64,000 nucleotides of DNA from contig OZ024745.1 in NCBI GenBank assembly GCA_964016885.1, positions 91,636,001 through 91,700,000 of the forward strand. The letters run 5' to 3'. Below are positions 13,530 through 29,900 of this stretch, piece by piece. The notes beneath the pieces were generated by a model. The model was not told the DNA's origin and searched no databases. It was given only the letters and a program-made list of their open reading frames with translations. Each line of letters begins with the position of its first letter. The stretch's first letter is position 1. This stretch comes from Eledone cirrhosa. Its lineage: Eukaryota. Position numbers and translations under genes: made by a program.

Positions 13530-14989
13530 GTATCAAACAGCTCCACTACATACAGTAAGTTATATTACTCCGCCTGAGTATCAAACAGCTCCACTACATA
13601 CAGTAAGTTATATTACTCCGCCTGAGTATCAAACAGCTCCACTACATACAGTAAGTTATATTACTCTGTCTGAGTATCAAACAGCTCCACTAGATACAGT
13701 AAGTTATATTACTCTGCCTGAGTATCAAACAGCTCCACTAGATACAGTAAGTTATATTACTCTGCCTGAGTATCAAACAGCTCCACTAGATACAGTAAGT
13801 TATATTACGCTGTCTGAGTATCAAACAGCTCCCCTAGATACAGTAAGTTATATTACTCTGCCTGAGTATCAAATAGCTCCACTAGATACAGTAAGTTATA
13901 TTACACTGCCTGAGTATGAAACAGCTCCACTAGGTACAGTAAGTTATATTACTCTGCCTGAGTATCAAACAGTTCCACTAGATGCAGTAAGTTATATTAC
14001 TCTGCCTGAGTATCAAACAACTCCACTAGATACAGTAAGTTATATTACTCTGCCTGCGTATCAAACAGCTCCACTAGATACAGTAAGTTATATTACTCTG
14101 CCTGAGTATCAAACAGCTCCACTAGATACAGTAAGTTATATTACTCTGTCTGAGTATCAAACAGCTCCACTAGATACAGTAAGTTATATTACTCTGTCTG
14201 AGTATCAAATAGCTCCACTAGATACAGTAAGTTATATTACTCTGCCTGAGTATCAAACAGCTCCACTACATACAGTAAGTTATATTACTCTGCCTGAGTA
14301 TCAAACAGCTCCACTAGATACAGTAAGTTATGTTACTCTTCCTGAGTATCAAACAGCTCCACTAGATACAGTAAGTTATATTACTCTGCCTGAGTATCAA
14401 ACAGCTCCACTAGATACAGTAAGTTATGTTACTCTGTCTGAGTATCAAACAGCTCCACTAGATACAGTAAGTTATATTACTCTGTCTGAGTATCAAACAC
14501 CTCCACTAGATACAGTAAGTTATATTACTCTGTCTGAGTATCAAACAGCTCCACTAGATACAGTAAGTTATATTACTCTGTCTGAGTATCAAACAGCTCC
14601 ACTAGATACAGTAAGTTATATTACTCTATCTGAGTATCAAACAGCTCCACTAGATACAGTAAGTTATATTACTCTGTCTGAGTATCAAACAGCTCCACTA
14701 GATACAGTAAGTTATATTACTCTGCCTGAGTATCAAACAGCTCCACTAGATACAGTAAGTTATATTACTCTGTCTGAGTATCAAACAGCTCCCCTAGATA
14801 CAGTAAGTTATATTACTCTGTCTGAGTATCAAACATCTCCCCTAGATACAGTAAGTTATATTACTCTGCCTGAGTATCAAACAGCTCCACTAGATACAGT
14901 AAGTTATATTACTCTGTCTGAGTATCAAACAGCTCCACTACATACAGTAAGTTATATTACTCTGTCTGAGTATCAAACACCTCCACTAG

Positions 14990-17900
14990 ATACAGTAAGT
15001 TATATTACTCTGTCTGAGTATCAAACACCTCCACTAGATACAGTAAGTTATATTACGCTGTCTGAGTATCAAACAGCTCCACTAGATACAGTAAGTTATA
15101 TTACTCTGTCTGATTATCAAACAGCTCCACTAGATGCAGTAAGTTATATTACTCTGTCTGATTATCAAACAGCTCCACTACATACAGTAAGTTATATTAC
15201 TCTGCCTGAGTATCAAACAGCTCCACTACATACAGTAAGTTATATTACTCTGCCTGAGTATCAAACAGCTCCACTAGATACAGTAAGTTATATTACTTTG
15301 TCTGAGTATCAAACACCTCCACTAGATACAGTAAGTTATATTACTCTGTCTGAGTATCAAACAGCTCCACTAGATACAGTAAGTTATATTACTCTGTCTG
15401 AGTATCAAACAGCTCCACTAGATACAGTAAGTTATATTACTCTGTCTGAGTATCAAACAGCTCCACTAGATACAGTAAGTTATATTACTCTGTCTGAGTA
15501 TCAAACAGCTCCACTATATAAAGTAAGTTATATTACTCTGTCTGAGTATCAAACAGCTCCACTAGATACAGTAAGTTATATTACTCTGTCTGAGTATCAA
15601 ACAGCTCCACTAGATACAGTAAGTTATATTACTCTGTCTGAGTATCAAACACCTCCACTAGATACAGTAAGTTATATTACTCTGTCTGAGTATCAAACAG
15701 CTCCACTAGATACAGTCAGTTATATTACTCTGCCTGAGTATCAAACAGCTCCACTAGATGCAGTAAGTTATATTACTCTGTCTGATTATCAAACAGCTCC
15801 ACTACATACAGTAAGTTATATTACTCTGCCTGAGTATCAAACAGCTCCACTAGATACATACAGTAAGTTATATTACTCTGCCTGAGTATCAAACAGCTCC
15901 ACTACATACAGTAAGTTATATTACTCCGCCTGAGTATCAAACAGCTCCACTACATACAGTAAGTTATATTACTCCGCCTGAGTATCAAACAGCTCCACTA
16001 CATACAGTAAGTTATATTACTCTGTCTGAGTATCAAACAGCTCCACTAGATACAGTAAGTTATATTACTCTGCCTGAGTATCAAACAGCTCCACTAGATA
16101 CAGTAAGTTATATTACTCTGCCTGAGTATCAAACAGCTCCACTAGATACAGTAAGTTATATTACGCTGTCTGAGTATCAAACAGCTCCCCTAGATACAGT
16201 AAGTTATATTACTCTGCCTGAGTATCAAATAGCTCCACTAGATACAGTAAGTTATATTACACTGCCTGAGTATGAAACAGCTCCACTAGGTACAGTAAGT
16301 TATATTACTCTGCCTGAGTATCAAACAGTTCCACTAGATGCAGTAAGTTATATTACTCTGCCTGAGTATCAAACAACTCCACTAGATACAGTAAGTTATA
16401 TTACTCTGCCTGCGTATCAAACAGCTCCACTAGATACAGTAAGTTATATTACTCTGCCTGAGTATCAAACAGCTCCACTAGATACAGTAAGTTATATTAC
16501 TCTGTCTGAGTATCAAACAGCTCCACTAGATACAGTAAGTTATATTACTCTGTCTGAGTATCAAATAGCTCCACTAGATACAGTAAGTTATATTACTCTG
16601 CCTGAGTATCAAACAGCTCCACTACATACAGTAAGTTATATTACTCTGCCTGAGTATCAAACAGCTCCACTAGATACAGTAAGTTATGTTACTCTTCCTG
16701 AGTATCAAACAGCTCCACTAGATACAGTAAGTTATATTACTCTGCCTGAGTATCAAACAGCTCCACTAGATACAGTAAGTTATGTTACTCTGTCTGAGTA
16801 TCAAACAGCTCCACTAGATACAGTAAGTTATATTACTCTGTCTGAGTATCAAACAGCTCCACTAGATACAGTAAGTTATATTACTCTGCCTGAGTATCAA
16901 ACAGCTCCACTAGATACAGTAAGTTATATTACTCTGTCTGAGTATCAAACACCTCCACTAGATACAGTAAGTTATATTACTCTGTCTGAGTATCAAACAG
17001 CTCCACTAGATACAGTAAGTTATATTACTCTGTCTGAGTATCAAACAGCTCCACTAGATACAGTAAGTTATATTACTCTGTCTGAGTATCAAACAGCTCC
17101 ACTATATAAAGTAAGTTATATTACTCTGTCTGAGTATCAAACAGCTCCACTAGATACAGTAAGTTATATTACTCTGTCTGAGTATCAAACAGCTCCACTA
17201 GATACAGTTAGTTATATTACTCTGTCTGAGTATCAAACACCTCCACTAGATACAGTAAGTTATATTACTCTGTCTGAGTATCAAACAGCTCCACTAGATA
17301 CAGTAAGTTATATTACTCTGCCTGAGTATCAAACAGCTCCACTAGATGCAGTAAGTTATATTACTCTGTCTGATTATCAAACAGCTCCACTACATACAGT
17401 AAGTTATATTACTCTGCCTGAGTATCAAACAGCTCCACTACATACAGTAAGTTATATTACTCTGCCTGAGTATCAAACAGCTCCACTACATACAGTAAGT
17501 TATATTACTCCGCCTGAGTATCAAACAGCTCCACTACATACAGTAAGTTATATTACTCTGCCTGAGTATCAAACAGCTCCACTAGATACAGTAAGTTATA
17601 TTACTCTGCCTGAGTATCAAACAGCTCCACTAGATACAGTAAGTTATATTACGCTGTCTGAGTATCAAACAGCTCCCCTAGATACAGTAAGTTATATTAC
17701 TCTGCCTGAGTATCAAATAGCTCCACTAGATACAGTAAGTTATATTACACTGCCTGAGTATGAAACAGCTCCACTAGGTACAGTAAGTTATATTACTCTG
17801 CCTGAGTATCAAACAGTTCCACTAGATGCAGTAAGTTATATTACTCTGCCTGAGTATCAAACAACTCCACTAGATACAGTAAGTTATATTACTCTGCCTG

Positions 17901-20900
17901 CGTATCAAACAGCTCCACTAGATACAGTAAGTTATATTACTCTGCCTGAGTATCAAACAGCTCCACTAGATACAGTAAGTTATATTACTCTGTCTGAGTA
18001 TCAAACAGCTCCACTAGATACAGTAAGTTATATTACTCTGTCTGAGTATCAAATAGCTCCACTAGATACAGTAAGTTATATTACTCTGCCTGAGTATCAA
18101 ACAGCTCCACTACATACAGTAAGTTATATTACTCTGCCTGAGTATCAAACAGCTCCACTAGATACAGTAAGTTATATTACTCTGCCTGAGTATCAAACAG
18201 CTCCACTAGATACAGTAAGTTATATTACTCTGCCTGAGTATCAAACAGCTCCACTAGATACAGTAAGTTATATTACTCTGTCTGAGTATCAAACAGCTCC
18301 ACTAGATACAGTAAGTTATATTACTCTGCCTGAGTATCAAACAGCTCCACTACATACAGTAAGTTATATTACTCTGCCTGAGTATCAAACAGCTCCACTA
18401 CATACAGTAAGTTATATTACTCCGCCTGAGTATCAAACAGCTCCACTAGATACAGTAAGTTATATTACTCTGTCTGAGTATCAAACAGCTCCACTAGATA
18501 CAGTAAGTTATATTACTCTGTCTGAGTATCAAACAGCTCCACTAGATACAGTAAATTATATTACTCTGTCTGAGTATCAAACACCTCCACTAGATACAGT
18601 AAGTTATATTACTCTGTCTGAGTATCAAACAGCTCCACTAGATACAGTAAGTTATATTACTCTCCCTGAGTATCAAACAGCTCCACTAGATGCAGTAAGT
18701 TATATTACTCTGTCTGATTATCAAACAGCTCCACTACATACAGTAAGTTATATTACTCTGCCTGAGTATCAAACAGCTCCACTACATACAGTAAGTTATA
18801 TTACTCTGCCTGAGTATCAAACAGCTCCACTAGATACAGTAAGTTATATTACTCTGTCTGAGTATCAAACACCTCCACTAGATACAGTAAGTTATATTAC
18901 TCTGTCTGAGTATCAAACAGCTCCACTAGATACAGTAAGTTATATTACTCTGTCTGAGTATCAAACAGCTCCACTAGATACAGTAAGTTATATTACTCTG
19001 TCTGAGTATCAAACAGCTCCACTAGATACAGTAAGTTATATTACTCTGTCTGAGTATCAAACACCTCCACTAGATACAGTAAGTTATATTACTCTGTCTG
19101 AGTATCAAACAGCTCCACTAGATACAGTAAGTTATATTACTCTGTCTGAGTATCAAACAGCTCCACTAGATACAGTAAGTTATATTACTCTGTCTGAGTA
19201 TCAAACCGCTCCACTAGATACATTAAGTTATATTACTCTGTCTGAGTATCAAACAGCTCCACTAGATACAGTAAGTTATATTACTCTGCCTGAGTATCAA
19301 ACAGCTCCACTAGATACAGTAAGTTATATTACTCTGCCTGAGTATCAAACAGCTCCACTAGATACAGTAAGTTATATTACTCTGCCTGAGTATCAAACAG
19401 CTCCACTAGATACAGTAAGTTATATTACTCTGCCTGAGTATCAAATAGCTCCACTAGATACAGTAAGTTATATTACACTGCCTGAGTATCAAACAGCTCC
19501 ACTAGGTACAGTAAGTTATATTACTCTGCCTGAGTATCAAACAGTTCCACTAGATGCAGTAAGTTATATTACTCTGCCTGAGTATCAAACAACTCCACTA
19601 GATACAGTAAGTTATATTACTCTGCCTGCGTATCAAACAGCTCCACTAGATACAGTAAGTTATATTACTCTGCCTGAGTATCAAACAGCTCCACTAGATA
19701 CAGTAAGTTATATTACTCTGTCTGAGTATCAAACAGCTCCACTAGATACAGTAAGTTATATTACTCTGTCTGAGTATCAAATAGCTCCACTAGATACAGT
19801 AAGTTATATTACTCTGCCTGAGTATCAAACAGCTCCACTACATACAGTAAGTTATATTACTCTGCCTGAGTATCAAACAGCTCCACTAGATACAGTAAGT
19901 TATATTACTCTGCCTGAGTATCAAACAGCTCCACTAGATACAGTAAGTTATATTACTCTGCCTGAGTATCAAACAGCTCCACTAGATACAGTAAGTTATA
20001 TTACTCTGTCTGAGTATCAAACAGCTCCACTAGATACAGTAAGTTATATTACTCTGCCTGAGTATCAAACAGCTCCACTACATACAGTAAGTTATATTAC
20101 TCTGCCTGAGTATCAAACAGCTCCACTACATACAGTAAGTTATATTACTCCGCCTGAGTATCAAACAGCTCCACTAGATACAGTAAGTTATATTACTCTG
20201 TCTGAGTATCAAACAGCTCCACTAGATACAGTAAGTTATATTACTCTGTCTGAGTATCAAACAGCTCCACTAGATACAGTAAATTATATTACTCTGTCTG
20301 AGTATCAAACACCTCCACTAGATACAGTAAGTTATATTACTCTGTCTGAGTATCAAACAGCTCCACTAGATACAGTAAGTTATATTACTCTCCCTGAGTA
20401 TCAAACAGCTCCACTAGATGCAGTAAGTTATATTACTCTGTCTGATTATCAAACAGCTCCACTACATACAGTAAGTTATATTACTCTGCCTGAGTATCAA
20501 ACAGCTCCACTACATACAGTAAGTTATATTACTCTGCCTGAGTATCAAACAGCTCCACTAGATACAGTAAGTTATATTACTCTGTCTGAGTATCAAACAC
20601 CTCCACTAGATACAGTAAGTTATATTACTCTGTCTGAGTATCAAACAGCTCCACTAGATACAGTAAGTTATATTACTCTGTCTGAGTATCAAACAGCTCC
20701 ACTAGATACAGTAAGTTATATTACTCTGTCTGAGTATCAAACAGCTCCACTAGATACAGTAAGTTATTTTACTCTGTCTGAGTATCAAACACCTCCACTA
20801 GATACAGTAAGTTATATTACTCTGTCTGAGTATCAAACAGCTCCACTAGATACAGTAAGTTATATTACTCTGTCTGAGTATCAAACAGCTCCACTAGATA

Positions 20901-23900
20901 CAGTAAGTTATATTACTCTGTCTGAGTATCAAACAGCTCCACTAGATACAGTAAGTTATATTACTCTGTCTGAGTATCAAACAGCTCCACTAGATACAGT
21001 AAGTTATATTACTCTGCCTGAGTATCAAATAGCTTCACTAGATACAGTAAGTTATATTACACTGCCTGAGTATCAAACAGCTCCACTAGGTACAGTAAGT
21101 TATATTACTCTGCCTGAGTATCAAACAGTTCCACTAGATGCAGTAAGTTATATTACTCTGCCTGAGTATCAAACAACTCCACTAGATACAGTAAGTTATA
21201 TTACTCTGTCTGAGTATCAAACAGCTCCACTAGATACAGTAAGTTATATTACTCTGCCTGAGTATCAAACAGCTCCACTAGATACAGTAAGTTATATTAC
21301 TCTGTCTGAGTATCAAACATCTCCCCTAGATACAGTAAGTTATATTACTCTGCCTGAGTATCAGACAGCTCCACTAGATACAGTAAGTTATATTACTCTG
21401 TCTGAGTATCAAACAGCTGCACTAGATACAGTAAGTTATATTACTCTGAGTATCAAACACCTCCACTAGATACAGTAAGTTATATTACTCTGTCTGAGTA
21501 TCAAACAGCTCCACTAGATACAGTAAGTTATATTACTCTGTCTGAGTATCAAACAGCTCCACTAGATACAGTAAGTTATATTACTCTGAGTATCAAACAG
21601 CTCCACTAGATACAGTAAGTTATATTACTCTGTCTGAGTATCAAACACCTCCACTAGATACAGTAAGTTATATTACTCTGTCTGAGTATCAAACAGCTCC
21701 ACTAGATACAGTAAGTTATATTACTCTGTCTGAGTATCAAACAGCTCCACTAGATACAGTAAGTTATATTACTCTGTCTGAGTATCAAACAGCTCCACTA
21801 GATACAGTAAGTTATATTACTCTGTCTGAGTATCAAACAGCTCCACTAGATACAGTAAGTTATATTACTCTGCCTGAGTATCAAACAGCTCCACTAGATA
21901 CAGTAAGTTATATTACTCTGTCTGAGTATCAAACAGCTCCCCTAGATACAGTAAGTTATATTACTCTGTCTGAGTATCAAACATCTCCCCTAGATACAGT
22001 AAGTTATATTACTCTGCCTGAATATCAAACAGCTCCACTAGATACAGTAAGTTATATTACTCTGTCTGAGTATCAAACAGCTCCACTACATACAGTAAGT
22101 TATATTACTCTGTCTGAGTATCAAACACCTCCACTAGATACAGTAAGTTATATTACCCTGTCTGAGTATCAAACAGCTCCACTAGATACAGTAAGTTATA
22201 TTACTCTGCCTGAGTATCAAACAGCTCCACTAGATACAGTAAGTTATATTACTCTGTCTGAGTATCAAACAGCTCCACTAGATACAGTAAGTTATATTAC
22301 TCTGTCTGAGTATCAAACAGCTCCACTAGATACAGTAAGTTATATTACTCTGTCTGAGTATCAAACAGCTCCACTAGATACAGTAAGTTATATTACTCTG
22401 TCTGAGTATCAAACACCTCCACTAGATACAGTAAGTTATATTACTCTGTCTGAGTATCAAACAGCTCCACTAGATACAGTAAGTTATATTACTCTGTCTG
22501 ATTATCAAACAGCTCCACTAGATGCAGTAAGTTATATTACTCTGTCTGATTATCAAACAGCTCCACTACATACAGTAAGTTATATTACTCTGCCTGAGTA
22601 TCAAACAGCTCCACTACATACAGTAAGTTATATTACTCTGCCTGAGTATCAAACAGCTCCACTAGATACAGTAAGTTATATTACTTTGTCTGAGTATCAA
22701 ACACCTCCACTAGATACAGTAAGTTATATTACTCTGTCTGAGTATCAAACAGCTCCACTAGATACAGTAAGTTATATTACTCTGTCTGAGTATCAAACAG
22801 CTCCACTAGATACAGTAAGTTATATTACTCTGTCTGAGTATCAAACAGCTCCACTAGATACAGTAAGTTATATTACTCTGTCTGAGTATCAAACAGCTCC
22901 ACTATATAAAGTAAGTTATATTACTCTGTCTGAGTATCAAACAGCTCCACTAGATACAGTAAGTTATATTACTCTGTCTGAGTATCAAACAGCTCCACTA
23001 GATACAGTAAGTTATATTACTCTGTCTGAGTATCAAACACCTCCACTAGATACAGTAAGTTATATTACTCTGTCTGAGTATCAAACAGCTCCACTAGATA
23101 CAGTAAGTTATATTACTCTGCCTGAGTATCAAACAGCTCCACTAGATGCAGTAAGTTATATTACTCTGTCTGATTATCAAACAGCTCCACTACATACAGT
23201 AAGTTATATTACTCTGCCTGAGTATCAAACAGCTCCACTAGATACATACAGTAAGTTATATTACTCTGCCTGAGTATCAAACAGCTCCACTACATACAGT
23301 AAGTTATATTACTCCGCCTGAGTATCAAACAGCTCCACTACATACAGTACGTTATATTACTCCGCCTGAGTATCAAACAGCTCCACTACATACAGTAAGT
23401 TATATTACTCTGTCTGAGTATCAAACAGCTCCACTAGATACAGTAAGTTATATTACTCTGCCTGAGTATCAAACAGCTCCACTAGATACAGTAAGTTATA
23501 TTACTCTGTCTGAGTATCAAACACCTCCACTAGATACAGTAAGTTATATTACTCTGTCTGAGTATCAAACAGCTCCACTAGATACAGTAAGTTATATTAC
23601 TCTGTCTGATTATCAAACAGCTCCACTAGATGCAGTAAGTTATATTACTCTGTCTGATTATCAAACAGCTCCACTACATACAGTAAGTTATATTACTCTG
23701 CCTGAGTATCAAACAGCTCCACTACATACAGTAAGTTATATTACTCTGCCTGAGTATCAAACAGCTCCACTAGATACAGTAAGTTATATTACTTTGTCTG
23801 AGTATCAAACACCTCCACTAGATACAGTAAGTTATATTACTCTGTCTGAGTATCAAACAGCTCCACTAGATACAGTAAGTTATATTACTCTGTCTGAGTA

Positions 23901-26900
23901 TCAAACAGCTCCACTAGATACAGTAAGTTATATTACTCTGTCTGAGTATCAAACAGCTCCACTAGATACAGTAAGTTATATTACTCTGTCTGAGTATCAA
24001 ACAGCTCCACTATATAAAGTAAGTTATATTACTCTGTCTGAGTATCAAACAGCTCCACTAGATACAGTAAGTTATATTACTCTGTCTGAGTATCAAACAG
24101 CTCCACTAGATACAGTAAGTTATATTACTCTGTCTGAGTATCAAACACCTCCACTAGATACAGTAAGTTATATTACTCTGTCTGAGTATCAAACAGCTCC
24201 ACTAGATACAGTCAGTTATATTACTCTGCCTGAGTATCAAACAGCTCCACTAGATGCAGTAAGTTATATTACTCTGTCTGATTATCAAACAGCTCCACTA
24301 CATACAGTAAGTTATATTACTCTGCCTGAGTATCAAACAGCTCCACTAGATACATACAGTAAGTTATATTACTCTGCCTGAGTATCAAACAGCTCCACTA
24401 CATACAGTAAGTTATATTACTCCGCCTGAGTATCAAACAGCTCCACTACATACAGTAAGTTATATTACTCCGCCTGAGTATCAAACAGCTCCACTACATA
24501 CAGTAAGTTATATTACTCTGTCTGAGTATCAAACAGCTCCACTAGATACAGTAAGTTATATTACTCTGCCTGAGTATCAAACAGCTCCACTAGATACAGT
24601 AAGTTATATTACTCTGCCTGAGTATCAAACAGCTCCACTAGATACAGTAAGTTATATTACGCTGTCTGAGTATCAAACAGCTCCCCTAGATACAGTAAGT
24701 TATATTACTCTGCCTGAGTATCAAATAGCTCCACTAGATACAGTAAGTTATATTACACTGCCTGAGTATGAAACAGCTCCACTAGGTACAGTAAGTTATA
24801 TTACTCTGCCTGAGTATCAAACAGTTCCACTAGATGCAGTAAGTTATATTACTCTGCCTGAGTATCAAACAACTCCACTAGATACAGTAAGTTATATTAC
24901 TCTGCCTGCGTATCAAACAGCTCCACTAGATACAGTAAGTTATATTACTCTGCCTGAGTATCAAACAGCTCCACTAGATACAGTAAGTTATATTACTCTG
25001 TCTGAGTATCAAACAGCTCCACTAGATACAGTAAGTTATATTACTCTGTCTGAGTATCAAATAGCTCCACTAGATACAGTAAGTTATATTACTCTGCCTG
25101 AGTATCAAACAGCTCCACTACATACAGTAAGTTATATTACTCTGCCTGAGTATCAAACAGCTCCACTAGATACAGTAAGTTATGTTACTCTTCCTGAGTA
25201 TCAAACAGCTCCACTAGATACAGTAAGTTATATTACTCTGCCTGAGTATCAAACAGCTCCACTAGATACAGTAAGTTATGTTACTCTGTCTGAGTATCAA
25301 ACAGCTCCACTAGATACAGTAAGTTATATTACTCTGTCTGAGTATCAAACAGCTCCACTAGATACAGTAAGTTATATTACTCTGCCTGAGTATCAAACAG
25401 CTCCACTAGATACAGTAAGTTATATTACTCTGTCTGAGTATCAAACACCTCCACTAGATACAGTAAGTTATATTACTCTGTCTGAGTATCAAACAGCTCC
25501 ACTAGATACAGTAAGTTATATTACTCTGTCTGAGTATCAAACAGCTCCACTAGATACAGTAAGTTATATTACTCTGTCTGAGTATCAAACAGCTCCACTA
25601 TATAAAGTAAGTTATATTACTCTGTCTGAGTATCAAACAGCTCCACTAGATACAGTAAGTTATATTACTCTGTCTGAGTATCAAACAGCTCCACTAGATA
25701 CAGTTAGTTATATTACTCTGTCTGAGTATCAAACACCTCCACTAGATACAGTAAGTTATATTACTCTGTCTGAGTATCAAACAGCTCCACTAGATACAGT
25801 AAGTTATATTACTCTGCCTGAGTATCAAACAGCTCCACTAGATGCAGTAAGTTATATTACTCTGTCTGATTATCAAACAGCTCCACTACATACAGTAAGT
25901 TATATTACTCTGCCTGAGTATCAAACAGCTCCACTACATACAGTAAGTTATATTACTCTGCCTGAGTATCAAACAGCTCCACTACATACAGTAAGTTATA
26001 TTACTCCGCCTGAGTATCAAACAGCTCCACTACATACAGTAAGTTATATTACTCTGCCTGAGTATCAAACAGCTCCACTAGATACAGTAAGTTATATTAC
26101 TCTGCCTGAGTATCAAACAGCTCCACTAGATACAGTAAGTTATATTACGCTGTCTGAGTATCAAACAGCTCCCCTAGATACAGTAAGTTATATTACTCTG
26201 CCTGAGTATCAAATAGCTCCACTAGATACAGTAAGTTATATTACACTGCCTGAGTATGAAACAGCTCCACTAGGTACAGTAAGTTATATTACTCTGCCTG
26301 AGTATCAAACAGTTCCACTAGATGCAGTAAGTTATATTACTCTGCCTGAGTATCAAACAACTCCACTAGATACAGTAAGTTATATTACTCTGCCTGCGTA
26401 TCAAACAGCTCCACTAGATACAGTAAGTTATATTACTCTGCCTGAGTATCAAACAGCTCCACTAGATACAGTAAGTTATATTACTCTGTCTGAGTATCAA
26501 ACAGCTCCACTAGATACAGTAAGTTATATTACTCTGTCTGAGTATCAAATAGCTCCACTAGATACAGTAAGTTATATTACTCTGCCTGAGTATCAAACAG
26601 CTCCACTACATACAGTAAGTTATATTACTCTGCCTGAGTATCAAACAGCTCCACTAGATACAGTAAGTTATATTACTCTGCCTGAGTATCAAACAGCTCC
26701 ACTAGATACAGTAAGTTATATTACTCTGCCTGAGTATCAAACAGCTCCACTAGATACAGTAAGTTATATTACTCTGTCTGAGTATCAAACAGCTCCACTA
26801 GATACAGTAAGTTATATTACTCTGCCTGAGTATCAAACAGCTCCACTACATACAGTAAGTTATATTACTCTGCCTGAGTATCAAACAGCTCCACTACATA

Positions 26901-29900
26901 CAGTAAGTTATATTACTCCGCCTGAGTATCAAACAGCTCCACTAGATACAGTAAGTTATATTACTCTGTCTGAGTATCAAACAGCTCCACTAGATACAGT
27001 AAGTTATATTACTCTGTCTGAGTATCAAACAGCTCCACTAGATACAGTAAATTATATTACTCTGTCTGAGTATCAAACACCTCCACTAGATACAGTAAGT
27101 TATATTACTCTGTCTGAGTATCAAACAGCTCCACTAGATACAGTAAGTTATATTACTCTCCCTGAGTATCAAACAGCTCCACTAGATGCAGTAAGTTATA
27201 TTACTCTGTCTGATTATCAAACAGCTCCACTACATACAGTAAGTTATATTACTCTGCCTGAGTATCAAACAGCTCCACTACATACAGTAAGTTATATTAC
27301 TCTGCCTGAGTATCAAACAGCTCCACTAGATACAGTAAGTTATATTACTCTGTCTGAGTATCAAACACCTCCACTAGATACAGTAAGTTATATTACTCTG
27401 TCTGAGTATCAAACAGCTCCACTAGATACAGTAAGTTATATTACTCTGTCTGAGTATCAAACAGCTCCACTAGATACAGTAAGTTATATTACTCTGTCTG
27501 AGTATCAAACAGCTCCACTAGATACAGTAAGTTATATTACTCTGTCTGAGTATCAAACACCTCCACTAGATACAGTAAGTTATATTACTCTGTCTGAGTA
27601 TCAAACAGCTCCACTAGATACAGTAAGTTATATTACTCTGTCTGAGTATCAAACAGCTCCACTAGATACAGTAAGTTATATTACTCTGTCTGAGTATCAA
27701 ACCGCTCCACTAGATACATTAAGTTATATTACTCTGTCTGAGTATCAAACAGCTCCACTAGATACAGTAAGTTATATTACTCTGCCTGAGTATCAAACAG
27801 CTCCACTAGATACAGTAAGTTATATTACTCTGCCTGAGTATCAAACAGCTCCACTAGATACAGTAAGTTATATTACTCTGCCTGAGTATCAAACAGCTCC
27901 ACTAGATACAGTAAGTTATATTACTCTGCCTGAGTATCAAATAGCTTCACTAGATACAGTAAGTTATATTACACTGCCTGAGTATCAAACAGCTCCACTA
28001 GGTACAGTAAGTTATATTACTCTGCCTGAGTATCAAACAGTTCCACTAGATGCAGTAAGTTATATTACTCTGCCTGAGTATCAAACAACTCCACTAGATA
28101 CAGTAAGTTATATTACTCTGCCTGCGTATCAAACAGCTCCACTAGATACAGTAAGTTATATTACTCTGCCTGAGTATCAAACAGCTCCACTAGATACAGT
28201 AAGTTATATTACTCTGTCTGAGTATCAAACAGCTCCACTAGATACAGTAAGTTATATTACTCTGTCTGAGTATCAAATAGCTCCACTAGATACAGTAAGT
28301 TATATTACTCTGCCTGAGTATCAAACAGCTCCACTACATACAGTAAGTTATATTACTCTGCCTGAGTATCAAACAGCTCCACTAGATACAGTAAGTTATA
28401 TTACTCTGCCTGAGTATCAAACAGCTCCACTAGATACAGTAAGTTATATTACTCTGCCTGAGTATCAAACAGCTCCACTAGATACAGTAAGTTATATTAC
28501 TCTGTCTGAGTATCAAACAGCTCCACTAGATACAGTAAGTTATATTACTCTGCCTGAGTATCAAACAGCTCCACTACATACAGTAAGTTATATTACTCTG
28601 CCTGAGTATCAAACAGCTCCACTACATACAGTAAGTTATATTACTCCGCCTGAGTATCAAACAGCTCCACTAGATACAGTAAGTTATATTACTCTGTCTG
28701 AGTATCAAACAGCTCCACTAGATACAGTAAGTTATATTACTCTGTCTGAGTATCAAACAGCTCCACTAGATACAGTAAATTATATTACTCTGTCTGAGTA
28801 TCAAACACCTCCACTAGATACAGTAAGTTATATTACTCTGTCTGAGTATCAAACAGCTCCACTAGATACAGTAAGTTATATTACTCTCCCTGAGTATCAA
28901 ACAGCTCCACTAGATGCAGTAAGTTATATTACTCTGTCTGATTATCAAACAGCTCCACTACATACAGTAAGTTATATTACTCTGCCTGAGTATCAAACAG
29001 CTCCACTACATACAGTAAGTTATATTACTCTGCCTGAGTATCAAACAGCTCCACTAGATACAGTAAGTTATATTACTCTGTCTGAGTATCAAACACCTCC
29101 ACTAGATACAGTAAGTTATATTACTCTGTCTGAGTATCAAACAGCTCCACTAGATACAGTAAGTTATATTACTCTGTCTGAGTATCAAACAGCTCCACTA
29201 GATACAGTAAGTTATATTACTCTGTCTGAGTATCAAACAGCTCCACTAGATACAGTAAGTTATTTTACTCTGTCTGAGTATCAAACACCTCCACTAGATA
29301 CAGTAAGTTATATTACTCTGTCTGAGTATCAAACAGCTCCACTAGATACAGTAAGTTATATTACTCTGTCTGAGTATCAAACAGCTCCACTAGATACAGT
29401 AAGTTATATTACTCTGTCTGAGTATCAAACAGCTCCACTAGATACAGTAAGTTATATTACTCTGTCTGAGTATCAAACAGCTCCACTAGATACAGTAAGT
29501 TATATTACTCTGCCTGAGTATCAAATAGCTTCACTAGATACAGTAAGTTATATTACACTGCCTGAGTATCAAACAGCTCCACTAGGTACAGTAAGTTATA
29601 TTACTCTGCCTGAGTATCAAACAGTTCCACTAGATGCAGTAAGTTATATTACTCTGCCTGAGTATCAAACAACTCCACTAGATACAGTAAGTTATATTAC
29701 TCTGTCTGAGTATCAAACAGCTCCACTAGATACAGTAAGTTATATTACTCTGCCTGAGTATCAAACAGCTCCACTAGATACAGTAAGTTATATTACTCTG
29801 TCTGAGTATCAAACATCTCCCCTAGATACAGTAAGTTATATTACTCTGCCTGAGTATCAGACAGCTCCACTAGATACAGTAAGTTATATTACTCTGTCTG

